From IMG/VR virus record IMGVR_UViG_2878930440_000003: DNA of 64,000 nucleotides, one strand, 5' to 3'. Below the pieces are notes generated by a model. It was not told where the DNA came from and searched no databases. It worked only from the letters and a program-made list of their open reading frames with translations. Positions within the stretch are counted from its first letter, which is position 1. Each line of letters opens with the position of its first letter. Origin of the DNA: a virus. Lineage: Duplodnaviria > Heunggongvirae > Uroviricota > Caudoviricetes. The translations under genes and the position numbers were made by a program. Positions 9,884 through 19,399 of this stretch are shown here, one piece after another.

Positions 9884-10114
9884 TTATAATTCAAACTCAC
9901 TAACTACTTTAGGAAGTTTGTCATACTCCATTTTTACATGGTGTTCTTTACATGCATCAATAGCTTCTTGTTCAGAACCATAATAATGAGTTCTTGGACA
10001 GGAATTAAGATTTCCATCTTCTTCGATATATTTAAAATACTTTCCATTACATCTGCTTTCAAGTTCAACTTGTGCTCTAAAGCCTTTTTCGTCTTTTAAA
10101 ATTCTATATTTCAT
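9884..10114 (-). CDS. hypothetical protein
   Basis: 76-aa ORF. Confidence 0.4.
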   Translation of the reverse strand: MKYRILKDEKGFRAQVELESRCNGKYFKYIEEDGNLNSCPRTHYYGSEQEAIDACKEHHVKMEYDKLPKVVSEFEL

Positions 10115-10144
10115 AATCTATCTATTTTATCCTTTATAGGATGA

Positions 10145-10483
10145 TTAATCAATCTTTTTGATACTATCAATTTCCATACTCCATAGTACAAACTCTCTAC
10201 TGGAGCGAGTGCCATCTTTCTTAGCAGGGTTAATTCTTATATCAATCTTGCCAGAATATCTTGCATAATTTCGTTCTGGAACAATGCTTGCAATCCAACA
10301 TACATTACATCTTGAACAGCTTACTTTGTCACCAACCTTGTATGGTAGACTTTCGATATAATCATTTACGTAAGAACAAATCTCATTGTTAGCATCATTG
10401 ATGATACTTTGTTGCTTGGCAACCTTTGCTTCTAATTCTTCTTTTGTCATATCTTTAAAATTATGCCCGAAGGCGTTAAACAA
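10145..10483 (-). CDS. hypothetical protein
   Basis: 112-aa ORF. Confidence 0.4.
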   Translation of the reverse strand: MFNAFGHNFKDMTKEELEAKVAKQQSIINDANNEICSYVNDYIESLPYKVGDKVSCSRCNVCWIASIVPERNYARYSGKIDIRINPAKKDGTRSSREFVLWSMEIDSIKKID

Positions 10484-10678
10484 TCAATTCATTAAATTTT
10501 CAACCACATTTGACAGCTTCCTTGCTTTGTCTTGCAAGAACTTAGGAAGATTATCGAAATCAGAAGGCTTTAATCTTACGATACACAATATACCTTTTGC
10601 TGTCAGTATTGATAGAATAAACAATAATACAACCATTGCGTATATAGGAAACTTTATAATTGCTATTATTCTTTTCAT
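10484..10678 (-). CDS. hypothetical small membrane protein
   Basis: TM segment IYAMVVLLFILSILTAKGILCIV. Confidence 0.4.
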   Translation of the reverse strand: MKRIIAIIKFPIYAMVVLLFILSILTAKGILCIVRLKPSDFDNLPKFLQDKARKLSNVVENLMN

Positions 10679-10680
10679 AC

Positions 10681-11058
10681 CTACACCTCCATTTCTGAGT
10701 TAAGTCCTAGACCGAAGAGAAGATGCTGGAGTTCATGGATATAATGTATCTCCATTATAAAGATTCTGTTAATAGCAACGTATATATTTTCGCTAAACTC
10801 TATTGTTAAGCGAATATCGTTAACGTTCTTCTCAAAGAATTTCTCATATAATTTCTTCCATTCATTCTTCTCTAGAATATCAGGAGTGAGAGGTATCGGA
10901 TATAACACCCCAATATAATCATATAATTTTCCATCCATATCTTCTAATGATAAGGCATTGTTTGTAGAGCAAACATATACTTTTACATACTTTTTTATTG
11001 TGGTTTTTGGTATATAGTGAAAAACCAAATCTCCTGGAATATATTCTAACTTTTCCAT
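10681..11058 (-). CDS. hypothetical protein (ELQHxLFGL C-terminal family)
   Basis: C-terminus IHELQHLLFGLGLNSEMEV is paralogous to the C-terminus of 11229..11684. Confidence 0.4.
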   Translation of the reverse strand: MEKLEYIPGDLVFHYIPKTTIKKYVKVYVCSTNNALSLEDMDGKLYDYIGVLYPIPLTPDILEKNEWKKLYEKFFEKNVNDIRLTIEFSENIYVAINRIFIMEIHYIHELQHLLFGLGLNSEMEV

Positions 11059-11228
11059 ACGCTTTACTTCATTAAACTAAGTTCTTTCTAGCCCAAGCTT
11101 CTGCCTTTGGCTTAGTCTTGAACTGTTTGTTTTTTACTTCATGCCAAACTCCATAAGGAGCGGTCTTATATTCGATGAGAAACAAACCTTTCTCAATTTT
11201 GACTATTCTATATTCAAAATACATACGC

Positions 11229-11684
11229 TTATATTTTTAAATTGCTATCTAATTGCAAGCCAAAAAGAATATGTTGGAGTTCATCTACACATTTTATCAT
11301 AACAGTATCGTCTTTTCCGTCATTGAAAGATACTCCGATAATTCCCAAGAAATTATTATATCGCAAAGTGAAAGGGTATTCTTGATGTTTATACCACCTA
11401 TGCCCAAAACATTCTCCTTCAGAGCGATAACATGTCCATCCATTCTTTTTAAGAAACTCTTCCCAAATATGAACGTGCATAATATCATTTTGACAAATTT
11501 TGCCCAAGCTTTGCCCATCAATAACTTTCAAGTCGTAAGAATAATCTATATTGAACGGATAGATGCTACAGACAATACAAATTAATCCGTGACTATAAAC
11601 TATATCACCCACCATATAACGAGGTGGTTTCCTAAATTCTTTCTGTGCCATACGCTTTACTTTTCTAAAGATGAATATATCCAT
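11229..11684 (-). CDS. hypothetical protein (ELQHxLFGL C-terminal family)
   Basis: C-terminus VDELQHILFGLQLDSNLKI; tandem paralog of 10681..11058. Confidence 0.4.
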   Translation of the reverse strand: MDIFIFRKVKRMAQKEFRKPPRYMVGDIVYSHGLICIVCSIYPFNIDYSYDLKVIDGQSLGKICQNDIMHVHIWEEFLKKNGWTCYRSEGECFGHRWYKHQEYPFTLRYNNFLGIIGVSFNDGKDDTVMIKCVDELQHILFGLQLDSNLKI

Positions 11685-11822
11685 TTACTTCACACAGAAC
11701 CTTTTCTAGCAGGTTCTTTAGAATATTCAATTCATCATTTGAATATGTAGCTATAGGATAACCATCAAGGGTAGTTTCGCCAAAGAAGCTACGACTTATC
11801 TTTAATGAGTGTTTATTCTTTT

Positions 11823-12149
11823 TCATTTTTCTTTGCCTTTTACAATATTGTACACTTGTTTTAACTCATCTGTTGATAAGCGTTTGAAATCAAAAGAACT
11901 GATAGCGTAAATGAGCTTCTTGCGAAAATCCTCTTTTTTAATATCTGATATTTCCTTTTCTGTAGGAACAGATATTTGTCTAACATTCCATCTATCACTA
12001 CCGCATTGCCAGCCAGAATCTCTTTTAAATCTAGCGTTATTAACAATAATTTGAGTCTTTGTCACTTTATCAACCTTGGCGATATGTCTATGATACATAC
12101 CTGTAACTAGTACTTCATCGCCCTCAACTAAATCTTTAAGCTCTTTCAT
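11823..12149 (-). CDS. hypothetical protein
   Basis: 108-aa ORF. Confidence 0.4.
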   Translation of the reverse strand: MKELKDLVEGDEVLVTGMYHRHIAKVDKVTKTQIIVNNARFKRDSGWQCGSDRWNVRQISVPTEKEISDIKKEDFRKKLIYAISSFDFKRLSTDELKQVYNIVKGKEK

Positions 12150-12475
12150 TACTCACCTCCTTGCTTTGGGAATAAATCGGATACATAACACCAGTATTTC
12201 CAGCCCATACCATTTTTACCATAATTAGAAAGCATTTCATAGACAAAAGATATTTTAAATATACCAATTGTGCCACCGTTGTATACTACTAAGCATTTTC
12301 CACTTCGTAGTAGAGGTTTTTCACTAGCAGGATGCCACAAGTTCTTCAAAAACTCATTGATAGCCCACTTAGCACCTTTTCTAAAGCCTTCTATTTTACA
12401 ATAACTGTCATAAGACATCTTATCATCAAAACAGATAGCTTGTGCAGCCTCTTCTATTTTCTTTTCATCTATCAT
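12149..12475 (-). CDS. hypothetical protein
   Basis: 108-aa ORF. Confidence 0.4.
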   Translation of the reverse strand: MIDEKKIEEAAQAICFDDKMSYDSYCKIEGFRKGAKWAINEFLKNLWHPASEKPLLRSGKCLVVYNGGTIGIFKISFVYEMLSNYGKNGMGWKYWCYVSDLFPKQGGE

Positions 12476-12616
12476 AACCTGTACCTACAATAACAAATAT
12501 AGCCCATGCTGACGCTATGCCAAATGATAACATACCTGCGCCCACAGAACCGAATATTAACCCTAATCCTACACTAATAAATGCGAAAGACGTAAATAAT
12601 GCTATTATTTTAATTT

Positions 12617-13645
12617 TCATCCCTCACCTCCTTTCCATTCATCAGTTGTGCCAAGAAGGTGTGCAGTTTCCTCGTTGTAAGGGATGCACTCATCAAAACG
12701 CATACCTCCTACAGCTTCATACTTTCCACGTTTAAGTTGATATGCAAACTGGCAGAGACTCCAAGCAAAACATTCTTCTCCACGAATATCTCTCATCAAG
12801 CACCAATCCATAGGCTTGAACTCACACTTCTTTGACAAATCCACAATCTGTTTCTTCTCAGCATCCCAAACTTTGCCTTCTTTGGCTAGAGCATCAAAGA
12901 GTTGCTGCTTCTCTGAGTCCGTAGCAAGGCGAAGTTCAATATCTCCAACATCTTCTCTGAATGGTTCTTCTAGAAGAAGCTCATCATTCTGGCAAAGAAC
13001 TGCATGGAATCCTATATATGCTCCTTGTCTCGATTGGAATATAGCAATATGTGTACATTTTTGTACCACAAGGGCTACTATATCCCCATTCTTGAACTTA
13101 GGCTTTTCTATTTCCCAAGTTTCGAGATTAAGTTTTCTACCCAAACGTTCCTCAATGGTTTTGAGGTAAGTCTTAGCAGCATTCTTATCTTCAAGAGCGT
13201 ATCTTTCAGTTGTACAAAGGAAAGTTTCATTATACTTAACATTATTTTTTTCTTCACTATTAAGGTAATGCCTACCATAGAAATTGGTATAGGTATCATC
13301 GTACCATTTGTCAAAGATAACCTCTGTGCCACCATCATTACTTACCAGCACGTCTCCCTTCTTCCAAGCGAACTTAGACCAATCACGCATTTCCTTTGAT
13401 GGAAAAACAACACATTCTCCGTCATCATACAATTTGCCATTTTTATCAAGATACCCTTCTCCACCGTTCATAAGACCAAACTTTGAATTATAGAAGGATA
13501 TTTTGAAACTTTTATCATCCACTTCTTCTAACCTGCATTTACCACAAGCGGAAGAATATAACTTCGTTCCTTGCGGCTTATCCTTTAGGATTTCCACTAT
13601 ATTAATCTCAGTTTCCATAACTAAACCAATTTTTGCGTTAAACAA
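12617..13645 (-). CDS. hypothetical protein, large paralog family A
   Basis: 342 aa; conserved blocks INIVEILKDKPQGTKLY, PSKEMRDWSKFAWKKGD, ATDSEKQQLFDALAKEGKVWDAEKK and CIPYNEETAHLLGTT are shared with 54319..55329. Confidence 0.5.
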   Translation of the reverse strand: MFNAKIGLVMETEINIVEILKDKPQGTKLYSSACGKCRLEEVDDKSFKISFYNSKFGLMNGGEGYLDKNGKLYDDGECVVFPSKEMRDWSKFAWKKGDVLVSNDGGTEVIFDKWYDDTYTNFYGRHYLNSEEKNNVKYNETFLCTTERYALEDKNAAKTYLKTIEERLGRKLNLETWEIEKPKFKNGDIVALVVQKCTHIAIFQSRQGAYIGFHAVLCQNDELLLEEPFREDVGDIELRLATDSEKQQLFDALAKEGKVWDAEKKQIVDLSKKCEFKPMDWCLMRDIRGEECFAWSLCQFAYQLKRGKYEAVGGMRFDECIPYNEETAHLLGTTDEWKGGEG

Positions 13646-13905
13646 TACTGGTAGTAACTCATACTACCAACGTTTTTTGATATTTTTGGCAGCTCACCAT
13701 CATAAGGAGTGACTTTCAAGCCATCAATGAAATCAGCATTCTCAGTTGATACCTCGGTATCATGCTCATTCATAAACACCTTTTGCGCTGTCGTAGAATG
13801 GCTTTCAGCTCTAAGCTTACCAAGTGACCGCCAAACCTGCTTGCGATGAATAAACAATCCATGCAAAGGAATAGTTCTTACTTCTACTTTTGTTCCCATA
13901 ACCAT
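13621..13905 (-). CDS. hypothetical protein
   Basis: 94-aa ORF. Confidence 0.35.
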   Translation of the reverse strand: MVMGTKVEVRTIPLHGLFIHRKQVWRSLGKLRAESHSTTAQKVFMNEHDTEVSTENADFIDGLKVTPYDGELPKISKNVGSMSYYQYCLTQKLV

Positions 13906-14168
13906 TAGCTTGCTTTATATAGATTGAACCATACCTTGTTGCTCTGCTTATCCTTATAAACATTACCTTCAAGGTCAAAATAAACACGCCTCTTTTGATT
14001 GAACTTCTTTATCATTGGCTGATTATCTTTGTATGTAGTTACATCATACTCAACCAATGAAGAACCACGTTCATTCTTTGTTGGAGGATAACCTGATTCT
14101 CGTATGAAACGTACCTCAAACTCTTTATTTCCAATTTCAAAATTTACTGTAGCCATAACCTTAACCAT
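13905..14168 (-). CDS. hypothetical protein
   Basis: 87-aa ORF. Confidence 0.4.
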   Translation of the reverse strand: MVKVMATVNFEIGNKEFEVRFIRESGYPPTKNERGSSLVEYDVTTYKDNQPMIKKFNQKRRVYFDLEGNVYKDKQSNKVWFNLYKAS

Positions 14169-14369
14169 TTAAAGATGATAATAACTATTTGATACCCTTG
14201 CGCCCAAATTGAAGCATCCCACGGCATCCGGCTTTAAGAAGCGTTTCTCTAACTTCTCCAAAGCCTCTTTATACTTCTGCTCCATGTGCTTGCAATGAAG
14301 TTTCTGAGCTAATTTAAGTTGCTCGACAACACCCTTGCGAGCAACTCTATATTGTTTGTCGGACATCAT
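14169..14369 (-). CDS. hypothetical protein
   Basis: 66-aa ORF. Confidence 0.35.
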   Translation of the reverse strand: MMSDKQYRVARKGVVEQLKLAQKLHCKHMEQKYKEALEKLEKRFLKPDAVGCFNLGARVSNSYYHL

Positions 14370-14374
14370 AGCCT

Positions 14375-14614
14375 TTATTCGTTCACATAGTTGATTACAT
14401 GCTCTTGAGCTCGCTCATGCAAGTTGTCAAAAGCGTCTTCTATAACTTTAGCTGTCTGATCGCCATTAAGGTTCTCCAGCATTTCGCTTACTACCTCTAT
14501 CTGCTGGTCTGTTGCTAAAGAACAAAACTTGTCAATAAGAAAACTCTTCTGTGCTTGGACGAGCATATCATCGAATAAATCCGATACATCTACACTAACA
14601 TTATAATATGCCAT
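14375..14614 (-). CDS. hypothetical acidic protein
   Basis: 79-aa ORF. Confidence 0.4.
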   Translation of the reverse strand: MAYYNVSVDVSDLFDDMLVQAQKSFLIDKFCSLATDQQIEVVSEMLENLNGDQTAKVIEDAFDNLHERAQEHVINYVNE

Positions 14615-14772
14615 AATTTGAAATTTTAAAAGTAATTAGTTGTACCACACATCATTTGGCATAAGAGCCAATGTCCATCCATACTCTAGTTCATACCTTA
14701 ATATTTCAAGGGCGTGACTAGTTACAGATAAAAGACCTACAAAGTTATTTTCGTACTCCATATCCAAACCAT

Positions 14773-15147
14773 TTAGTTACCATACTTGTAATGCAAATAA
14801 TTAGCCTCTGAGCCGAAATAAAGCTCGGTATCGCTCATATTTGCCTCCGTCAAGTCATTCTCTACATCTTTATAAGAAGGCACGCAATCCTTAACTCTTT
14901 GGCAGAACAAAGGATATTTTGAAGAAACGTCTTCTCCGTCTTCATCATAGATATTAATCTTATCTACATTGTAATATGGATAAGAAGAAATATTCCCATC
15001 TGAATGGATAACCTTTCTACTCTTAACGGACACCACGATTTCAGCAGGTTTGTTAATAGCATCAAACTCGCAAGTAAAATCATCAAGCTGCGCCTCAAAA
15101 GCCGCATCATTAATATTTTCAGATAAGTTTTCAAAAAACTTTTTCAT
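14773..15147 (-). CDS. hypothetical acidic protein
   Basis: 124-aa ORF directly downstream of the promoter/leader repeat copy A. Confidence 0.45.
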   Translation of the reverse strand: MKKFFENLSENINDAAFEAQLDDFTCEFDAINKPAEIVVSVKSRKVIHSDGNISSYPYYNVDKINIYDEDGEDVSSKYPLFCQRVKDCVPSYKDVENDLTEANMSDTELYFGSEANYLHYKYGN

Positions 15148-15157
15148 TTTCTTCTTA

Positions 15158-15262
15158 CAGTTTTTATGGTGTGTCTCACCTTTTAAATTAGTAACCTTTA
15201 TTTCTTAATTACGATGCAAAGATACAAAGAATATTTGAAACATGCAAATTATTTAATGTATA
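15158..15262 (-). repeat. promoter-plus-leader repeat, copy A (about 105 bp)
   Basis: Near-identical to 36601-36703. Contains a TTTG-N20-TAtcTTTG promoter (15217-15248) and a leader hairpin GGTG-AGACA-CACC. Confidence 0.6.
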
Positions 15263-15389
15263 TCTTTTATCTTTTAACACTCTATAATACCGCTAACAAA
15301 TAATTTGCTGACGTTAACATAAAAATCCCCACCACTACATTATTATATATAGTGATGGGGCAAACACCCAAGGGTATTTTGTCTTTGGG

Positions 15390-15797
15390 CTACTTTTCTT
15401 CCTTATCTTTAATTTCAACGAAATTGCCAATTCCCAAACGAGCCTTGTTGATGCAAGACGCAATCCAACCTATCAGATAGGCAGAAGGCTCGCCTCCGTG
15501 CTCCATACCAATAGCACCCTCGATGGCATCGCAGGCGTGAGAAGCTTCATGGCAACAAACTCCCATCCTCATAGAATTCTTGCTTGCAAAATTAATAAAT
15601 GAACAAAGCTTCTTATTCGATTTTTCTCTAACTTTATCGTAGGTTATTGCGTCAGCATTAGAGAAATCAACCCTCAAAACCCCGCCATTTCTACCTTCAA
15701 AACACTTGTTAGCGTCCTCTTGGTTCATACCAATAGCGACACACAACATCCTTGGATAGATAACAGGGTCGTATTCGTAATATCCTTTCTTCTTCAT
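15390..15797 (-). CDS. HExxH-motif protein (possible small zinc metallopeptidase)
   Basis: CCHEASHACDAIEG with a downstream Glu (GMEHGGE); 135 aa. Confidence 0.35.
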   Translation of the reverse strand: MKKKGYYEYDPVIYPRMLCVAIGMNQEDANKCFEGRNGGVLRVDFSNADAITYDKVREKSNKKLCSFINFASKNSMRMGVCCHEASHACDAIEGAIGMEHGGEPSAYLIGWIASCINKARLGIGNFVEIKDKEEK

Positions 15798-16078
15798 ATC
15801 TCATCGTTTTTATGTTCTTCCCATCCATGCCTCGAAAAAGCATACCAAGTATCACAAATATCAAGAGCGAGAATGTTGCCTTGGTCAATACAAAAATCGC
15901 TATCAAAGCCTTCAATATGAACATACATCACTGCTATAGTATCATAAGGAACGCTACGACCTTCAAGACAAGGGTTTTTAAAATTCTTAGTCTTGTATAA
16001 ACTTGTAACAATTGGCACTTGAAGAACGTCTGAAATATTCTCAGTGCTAATCTCTATCGACTTCTTAAACTTCTTCAT
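15794..16078 (-). CDS. hypothetical protein
   Basis: 94-aa ORF. Confidence 0.4.
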   Translation of the reverse strand: MKKFKKSIEISTENISDVLQVPIVTSLYKTKNFKNPCLEGRSVPYDTIAVMYVHIEGFDSDFCIDQGNILALDICDTWYAFSRHGWEEHKNDEI

Positions 16079-16086
16079 ATTCTCAA

Positions 16087-16473
16087 CTATTTAAATTTCT
16101 CAAAGTAGAACTCAATTTGTCTATCAAAGTGCTCTTCGATTAAACCATAAGCAAGCGACATCTTTACTTGGAAAGAAGCCTTACCATTAAGCAATCCTTT
16201 AGCCTGTCTAGTAATCTCTGAGCGAAATTGTTCCAAACTCATATCACGCTTACGAAGATTACAAGATCTGCAAGATGGCATATAGTTCTCCATGGAATCA
16301 TCGCCATGGGATACGACAAACTTTCCCTCCTTGTCGCTCCACCGAGAGTAACACCCTCGATTCTTCGGAACAAGATGGTCAACCTGCATATCCTTATACT
16401 CTATACTCTTGCCGCAATAAGCACAATGCCCATCGTATTTGCGATATATTTTAAGTCTATCTTCTTTTTTCAT
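16087..16473 (-). CDS. HNH endonuclease
   Basis: CAYCGK...VDHLVPKNRG...SMENYMPSCRSCNLRK: the Cys4 plus DH...N HNH motif. Confidence 0.7.
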   Translation of the reverse strand: MKKEDRLKIYRKYDGHCAYCGKSIEYKDMQVDHLVPKNRGCYSRWSDKEGKFVVSHGDDSMENYMPSCRSCNLRKRDMSLEQFRSEITRQAKGLLNGKASFQVKMSLAYGLIEEHFDRQIEFYFEKFK

Positions 16474-16556
16474 ATTCTCAACTATTTATGTTTTAAAATA
16501 ACGCTGACTGCGCTTGTTGTGTAGAGTTTGTGTTGCTTGTAATGAGAGTTACAGCC

Positions 16557-16838
16557 TTAGAAGAATTTTACGGGCTGACATTCATCGATTAACTTGCGTG
16601 CTTCTTTAGCACACTCAGCCACGCATCTCTCGACTGCCTCGGTGATGCCTTGAATTTGCCCCTCACGCATATTGCCGTATTTATCGCAGGTGTCGTTTAT
16701 TACTTTGTAGAGAACCTGATTTTGTAAAGCCTCCATATAATCTACGTACTCCTTGCAAGTACTGCGCCGAGGTGCTTGCACCCAATCAAGAAAGTCCTTC
16801 TTCCAGTCTTTCCATGTTTTGATTTTTATTACTATCAT
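16557..16838 (-). CDS. hypothetical protein
   Basis: 93-aa ORF. Confidence 0.4.
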   Translation of the reverse strand: MIVIKIKTWKDWKKDFLDWVQAPRRSTCKEYVDYMEALQNQVLYKVINDTCDKYGNMREGQIQGITEAVERCVAECAKEARKLIDECQPVKFF

Positions 16839-16853
16839 TGCTGTTTATATTTT

Positions 16854-17072
16854 TTATTTGTTATTCTTGTGCCCTATATGATATTTGTTGCATATCCTAC
16901 ACCGATACACCGCCATACCTTGTGCCCGTAACTTCGGATTATGATTCAGAAACTCCCAAGCATCATCCTCAGTCTCGTATGCGACCTTCGCCTTCCAAGA
17001 TTGACCTTTTCTAACCCGATGCTCAGGATCTGGATGCAAATGACAAGGAATATTTTTATTTCTTTTGTTCAT
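16854..17072 (-). CDS. small Cys/His-rich putative zinc-binding protein
   Basis: CHLHPDPEH...YRCRICNKYHIGH; ATGA overlap with the upstream 209-aa gene. Confidence 0.35.
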   Translation of the reverse strand: MNKRNKNIPCHLHPDPEHRVRKGQSWKAKVAYETEDDAWEFLNHNPKLRAQGMAVYRCRICNKYHIGHKNNK

Positions 17073-17698
17073 AACTTCTTCAGAAATTTAAGTTGAAACC
17101 CTTCTGCCTTTTTTATTCCTGGGTATAGTTCCGTTAGAACCTCCCATGCTCTTGTCTTGTGCCGATGCCACATAGTTACCGGATGCACACGCTCACCACT
17201 TGGTAATACATAGAAATCTGCCTTAATGGTATCAATATGCTCATAGTTTGCAGCTTTATATATTATTCCCTTGTTACCTATGGACGTATCGGCATAAGAT
17301 ATAAGGTATTTGATTTCCTTATGCGTTGCCCTTATATACTTGTGCAAGAGAGAAAGACAAATCGTCTCGCTATACTTTGGCATATCATCAGACAACCACA
17401 TTCTGTCAAATTCCCTTACTTGATGGTAATCCAACACTTCGCCCTTTTCAGTCTTGATGTGCGGTCGGATTCCATACCCTATTTGCATTGCACCCCTAAT
17501 CTTGCCTTTGTACAATACCAAAAGATTCAAGCAACTATTCTTCGTTACCTTGTGTGAAAAGTGATGAGGAACTATGATTGCATCTGCTTGCGCCTTATCG
17601 CACTCCATCAGCTTTATTTCCTTTTCCTTGCACTCGTAACCGATAACAAATCCGCAGAAGCCTAGCACTGGAGACTTGTTCAACTTTCTTCTTCTCAT
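17069..17698 (-). CDS. Mom-like DNA-modification acyltransferase candidate (very tentative)
   Basis: ISYADTSIGNKGIIYKAANYEHI resembles the YADP..G..G.IY.A.NW block I recall from Mom-family proteins; the gene sits immediately upstream of the DNA methyltransferases. Confidence 0.25.
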   Translation of the reverse strand: MRRRKLNKSPVLGFCGFVIGYECKEKEIKLMECDKAQADAIIVPHHFSHKVTKNSCLNLLVLYKGKIRGAMQIGYGIRPHIKTEKGEVLDYHQVREFDRMWLSDDMPKYSETICLSLLHKYIRATHKEIKYLISYADTSIGNKGIIYKAANYEHIDTIKADFYVLPSGERVHPVTMWHRHKTRAWEVLTELYPGIKKAEGFQLKFLKKL

Positions 17699-17699
17699 A

Positions 17700-17924
17700 T
17701 CAATGATACCTCCAAAAATAACGTTTGAAATTATCTAGCAAATGCTCTATACAAGCTTTGATTTCGCCTTCTCTCAAGAATCGGTTGCAAAAACCTATCA
17801 ATTCATCACGTACCAACCCTCGTTTTAAGGCTTCGTCTCTCATAGCTCTTATAAGAGCATCCGTTGTTTCTTTATTCCCATTTCTTACAACAGGATTGCA
17901 ACAAAACACCTTGCACATATCCAT
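17700..17924 (-). CDS. hypothetical protein
   Basis: 74-aa ORF. Confidence 0.35.
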   Translation of the reverse strand: MDMCKVFCCNPVVRNGNKETTDALIRAMRDEALKRGLVRDELIGFCNRFLREGEIKACIEHLLDNFKRYFWRYH

Positions 17925-17928
17925 AGTT

Positions 17929-18645
17929 TCAAAACAGACTTAACTGCCTACTCATATTCTTTAATTCGTTATTAGCAAAATCTACTTGACGCTGGTCTAT
18001 TTCAAAGCCTATATACTTTCTTTCAAGGTTTACGCAAGCTCTTGCCGTTGTACCGCTCCCCATGAATGGGTCTAGAACAACATCACCAACATTTGTCGAG
18101 TTTCTAATTAATATCTCCATCAACTTTACAGGTTTTTCAGTCTGATTAATCAAACCATCCTTATCCTTGCGCTTGTTGGTTGGAATAGGAACACTCAGAA
18201 TGTCAGATGTACCACATTCATTTATCGGTCTATCACCACCTTTGCGTAGCATGATGATATACTCTTTCTGTGCCATATAATAGCGGCCACATATTTTTGC
18301 GCACTTATCCCATATTAAGCATTTGGTAAAATGGAACTCACTCTTTCCTACCACATCAAGAAAGTGCATTAAATTATAATCATTACACATAAGATAGCAA
18401 TGCGACCTGTCCTTTAATATCCGGTACAAATCATTGATGTAGTCCGAAATATCAATATCGTTACTCTTGAATATTTTGCCCTTTCTTGTTTGAGATTCCG
18501 TCCAATATCCTCCCATACTCCCTGAGCCACCCCTAGACTGAACCGGATAAGCCACATCGGAACATACGAGGTCTATGCTATCACTATCAATCAGCTTTAA
18601 AAGCTTTCGACAATCACCTTGATAAATTCTATTTAACTCCAGCAT
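17929..18645 (-). CDS. beta-class DNA methyltransferase paralog with atypical motif IV (DVAY)
   Basis: Probable start MLELNRIYQGDC inside the longer ORF 17929..18795. Motif I DPFMGSGTTARAC lies near the C-terminus. Motif IV reads SDVAYPV instead of DPPY. Confidence 0.55.
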   Translation of the reverse strand: MLELNRIYQGDCRKLLKLIDSDSIDLVCSDVAYPVQSRGGSGSMGGYWTESQTRKGKIFKSNDIDISDYINDLYRILKDRSHCYLMCNDYNLMHFLDVVGKSEFHFTKCLIWDKCAKICGRYYMAQKEYIIMLRKGGDRPINECGTSDILSVPIPTNKRKDKDGLINQTEKPVKLMEILIRNSTNVGDVVLDPFMGSGTTARACVNLERKYIGFEIDQRQVDFANNELKNMSRQLSLF

Positions 18646-19399
18646 ATCCAAACATATCTTTTTGATTAAACAATTCTTCCTTAATTCTTCTTTGTGCCAC
18701 CTTGAAATAATCCTCATCCAATTCAAAACCAAGGTAATTCCGATTTGTCCGCATACAAGCCAGAGCAGTACTTGCGCTGCCCATAAAGCCATCAAACACC
18801 AAATCTCCTTCGTTCGATGATTTCAAGATGCATTGCATAAGCAAGGGGATTGGCTTCTCGTTCTGATGTCCCAATTTATCTGATGGAACTCTATCAAAGT
18901 CCCATACGTCCTCCAAACGCTTGCCGTTTATGGTTCGTCTGCCTTTATTCAAGTACAGGATTGGCTCGTAACATTGACCATATTGCGCCTCTAAATCTCC
19001 AGCCGTATGGTTGTTCTTTCGCCAAATGAGCACATTCTTAATGGTAAACCCTGCATTCCTCGCTTGTTGCATAAAAAAGTCTAAGGTCTTGGCACTACAG
19101 AAAATATAAGCAGCACTATCATCCTTTAAAATCCGGTAGCATTCGCTCATATAATCAATAATCAATTGCTCATTATCATCATTGAGTATTTCCTTAGAGA
19201 AACGATGGTCGTCAGCTCTCCACCCAGTCTTGTAGGCTATGCAATACGGAGGGTCAGTAACAATCAAATCCACCTCCCCACTCTCTATTTGCTTCATTCC
19301 TTCTATACAGTCGGAATTGTATATTCTGTTTAATTCTAGCATATCAAATCTCTTTAATAGCGTTAACATAAGCTTCGTGAGCTTCTTCTTGCGTCCCAA
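18629..19399 (-). CDS. N6-adenine/N4-cytosine DNA methyltransferase (beta class, DPPY)
   Basis: LELNRIYNSDC...VTDPPYCIAY (motif IV) then C-terminal FDGFMGSASTALAC (motif I). Overlaps the downstream paralog by 17 nt. Confidence 0.7.
   Translation of the reverse strand: MGRKKKLTKLMLTLLKRFDMLELNRIYNSDCIEGMKQIESGEVDLIVTDPPYCIAYKTGWRADDHRFSKEILNDDNEQLIIDYMSECYRILKDDSAAYIFCSAKTLDFFMQQARNAGFTIKNVLIWRKNNHTAGDLEAQYGQCYEPILYLNKGRRTINGKRLEDVWDFDRVPSDKLGHQNEKPIPLLMQCILKSSNEGDLVFDGFMGSASTALACMRTNRNYLGFELDEDYFKVAQRRIKEELFNQKDMFGYAGVK

Noticed and set aside
12816-13493. Plus-strand ORFs 12816..13169, 13004..13399 and 13308..13493
   Set aside because: Antisense to the 342-aa paralog-family gene, which is validated by its conserved paralog at 54319..55329.
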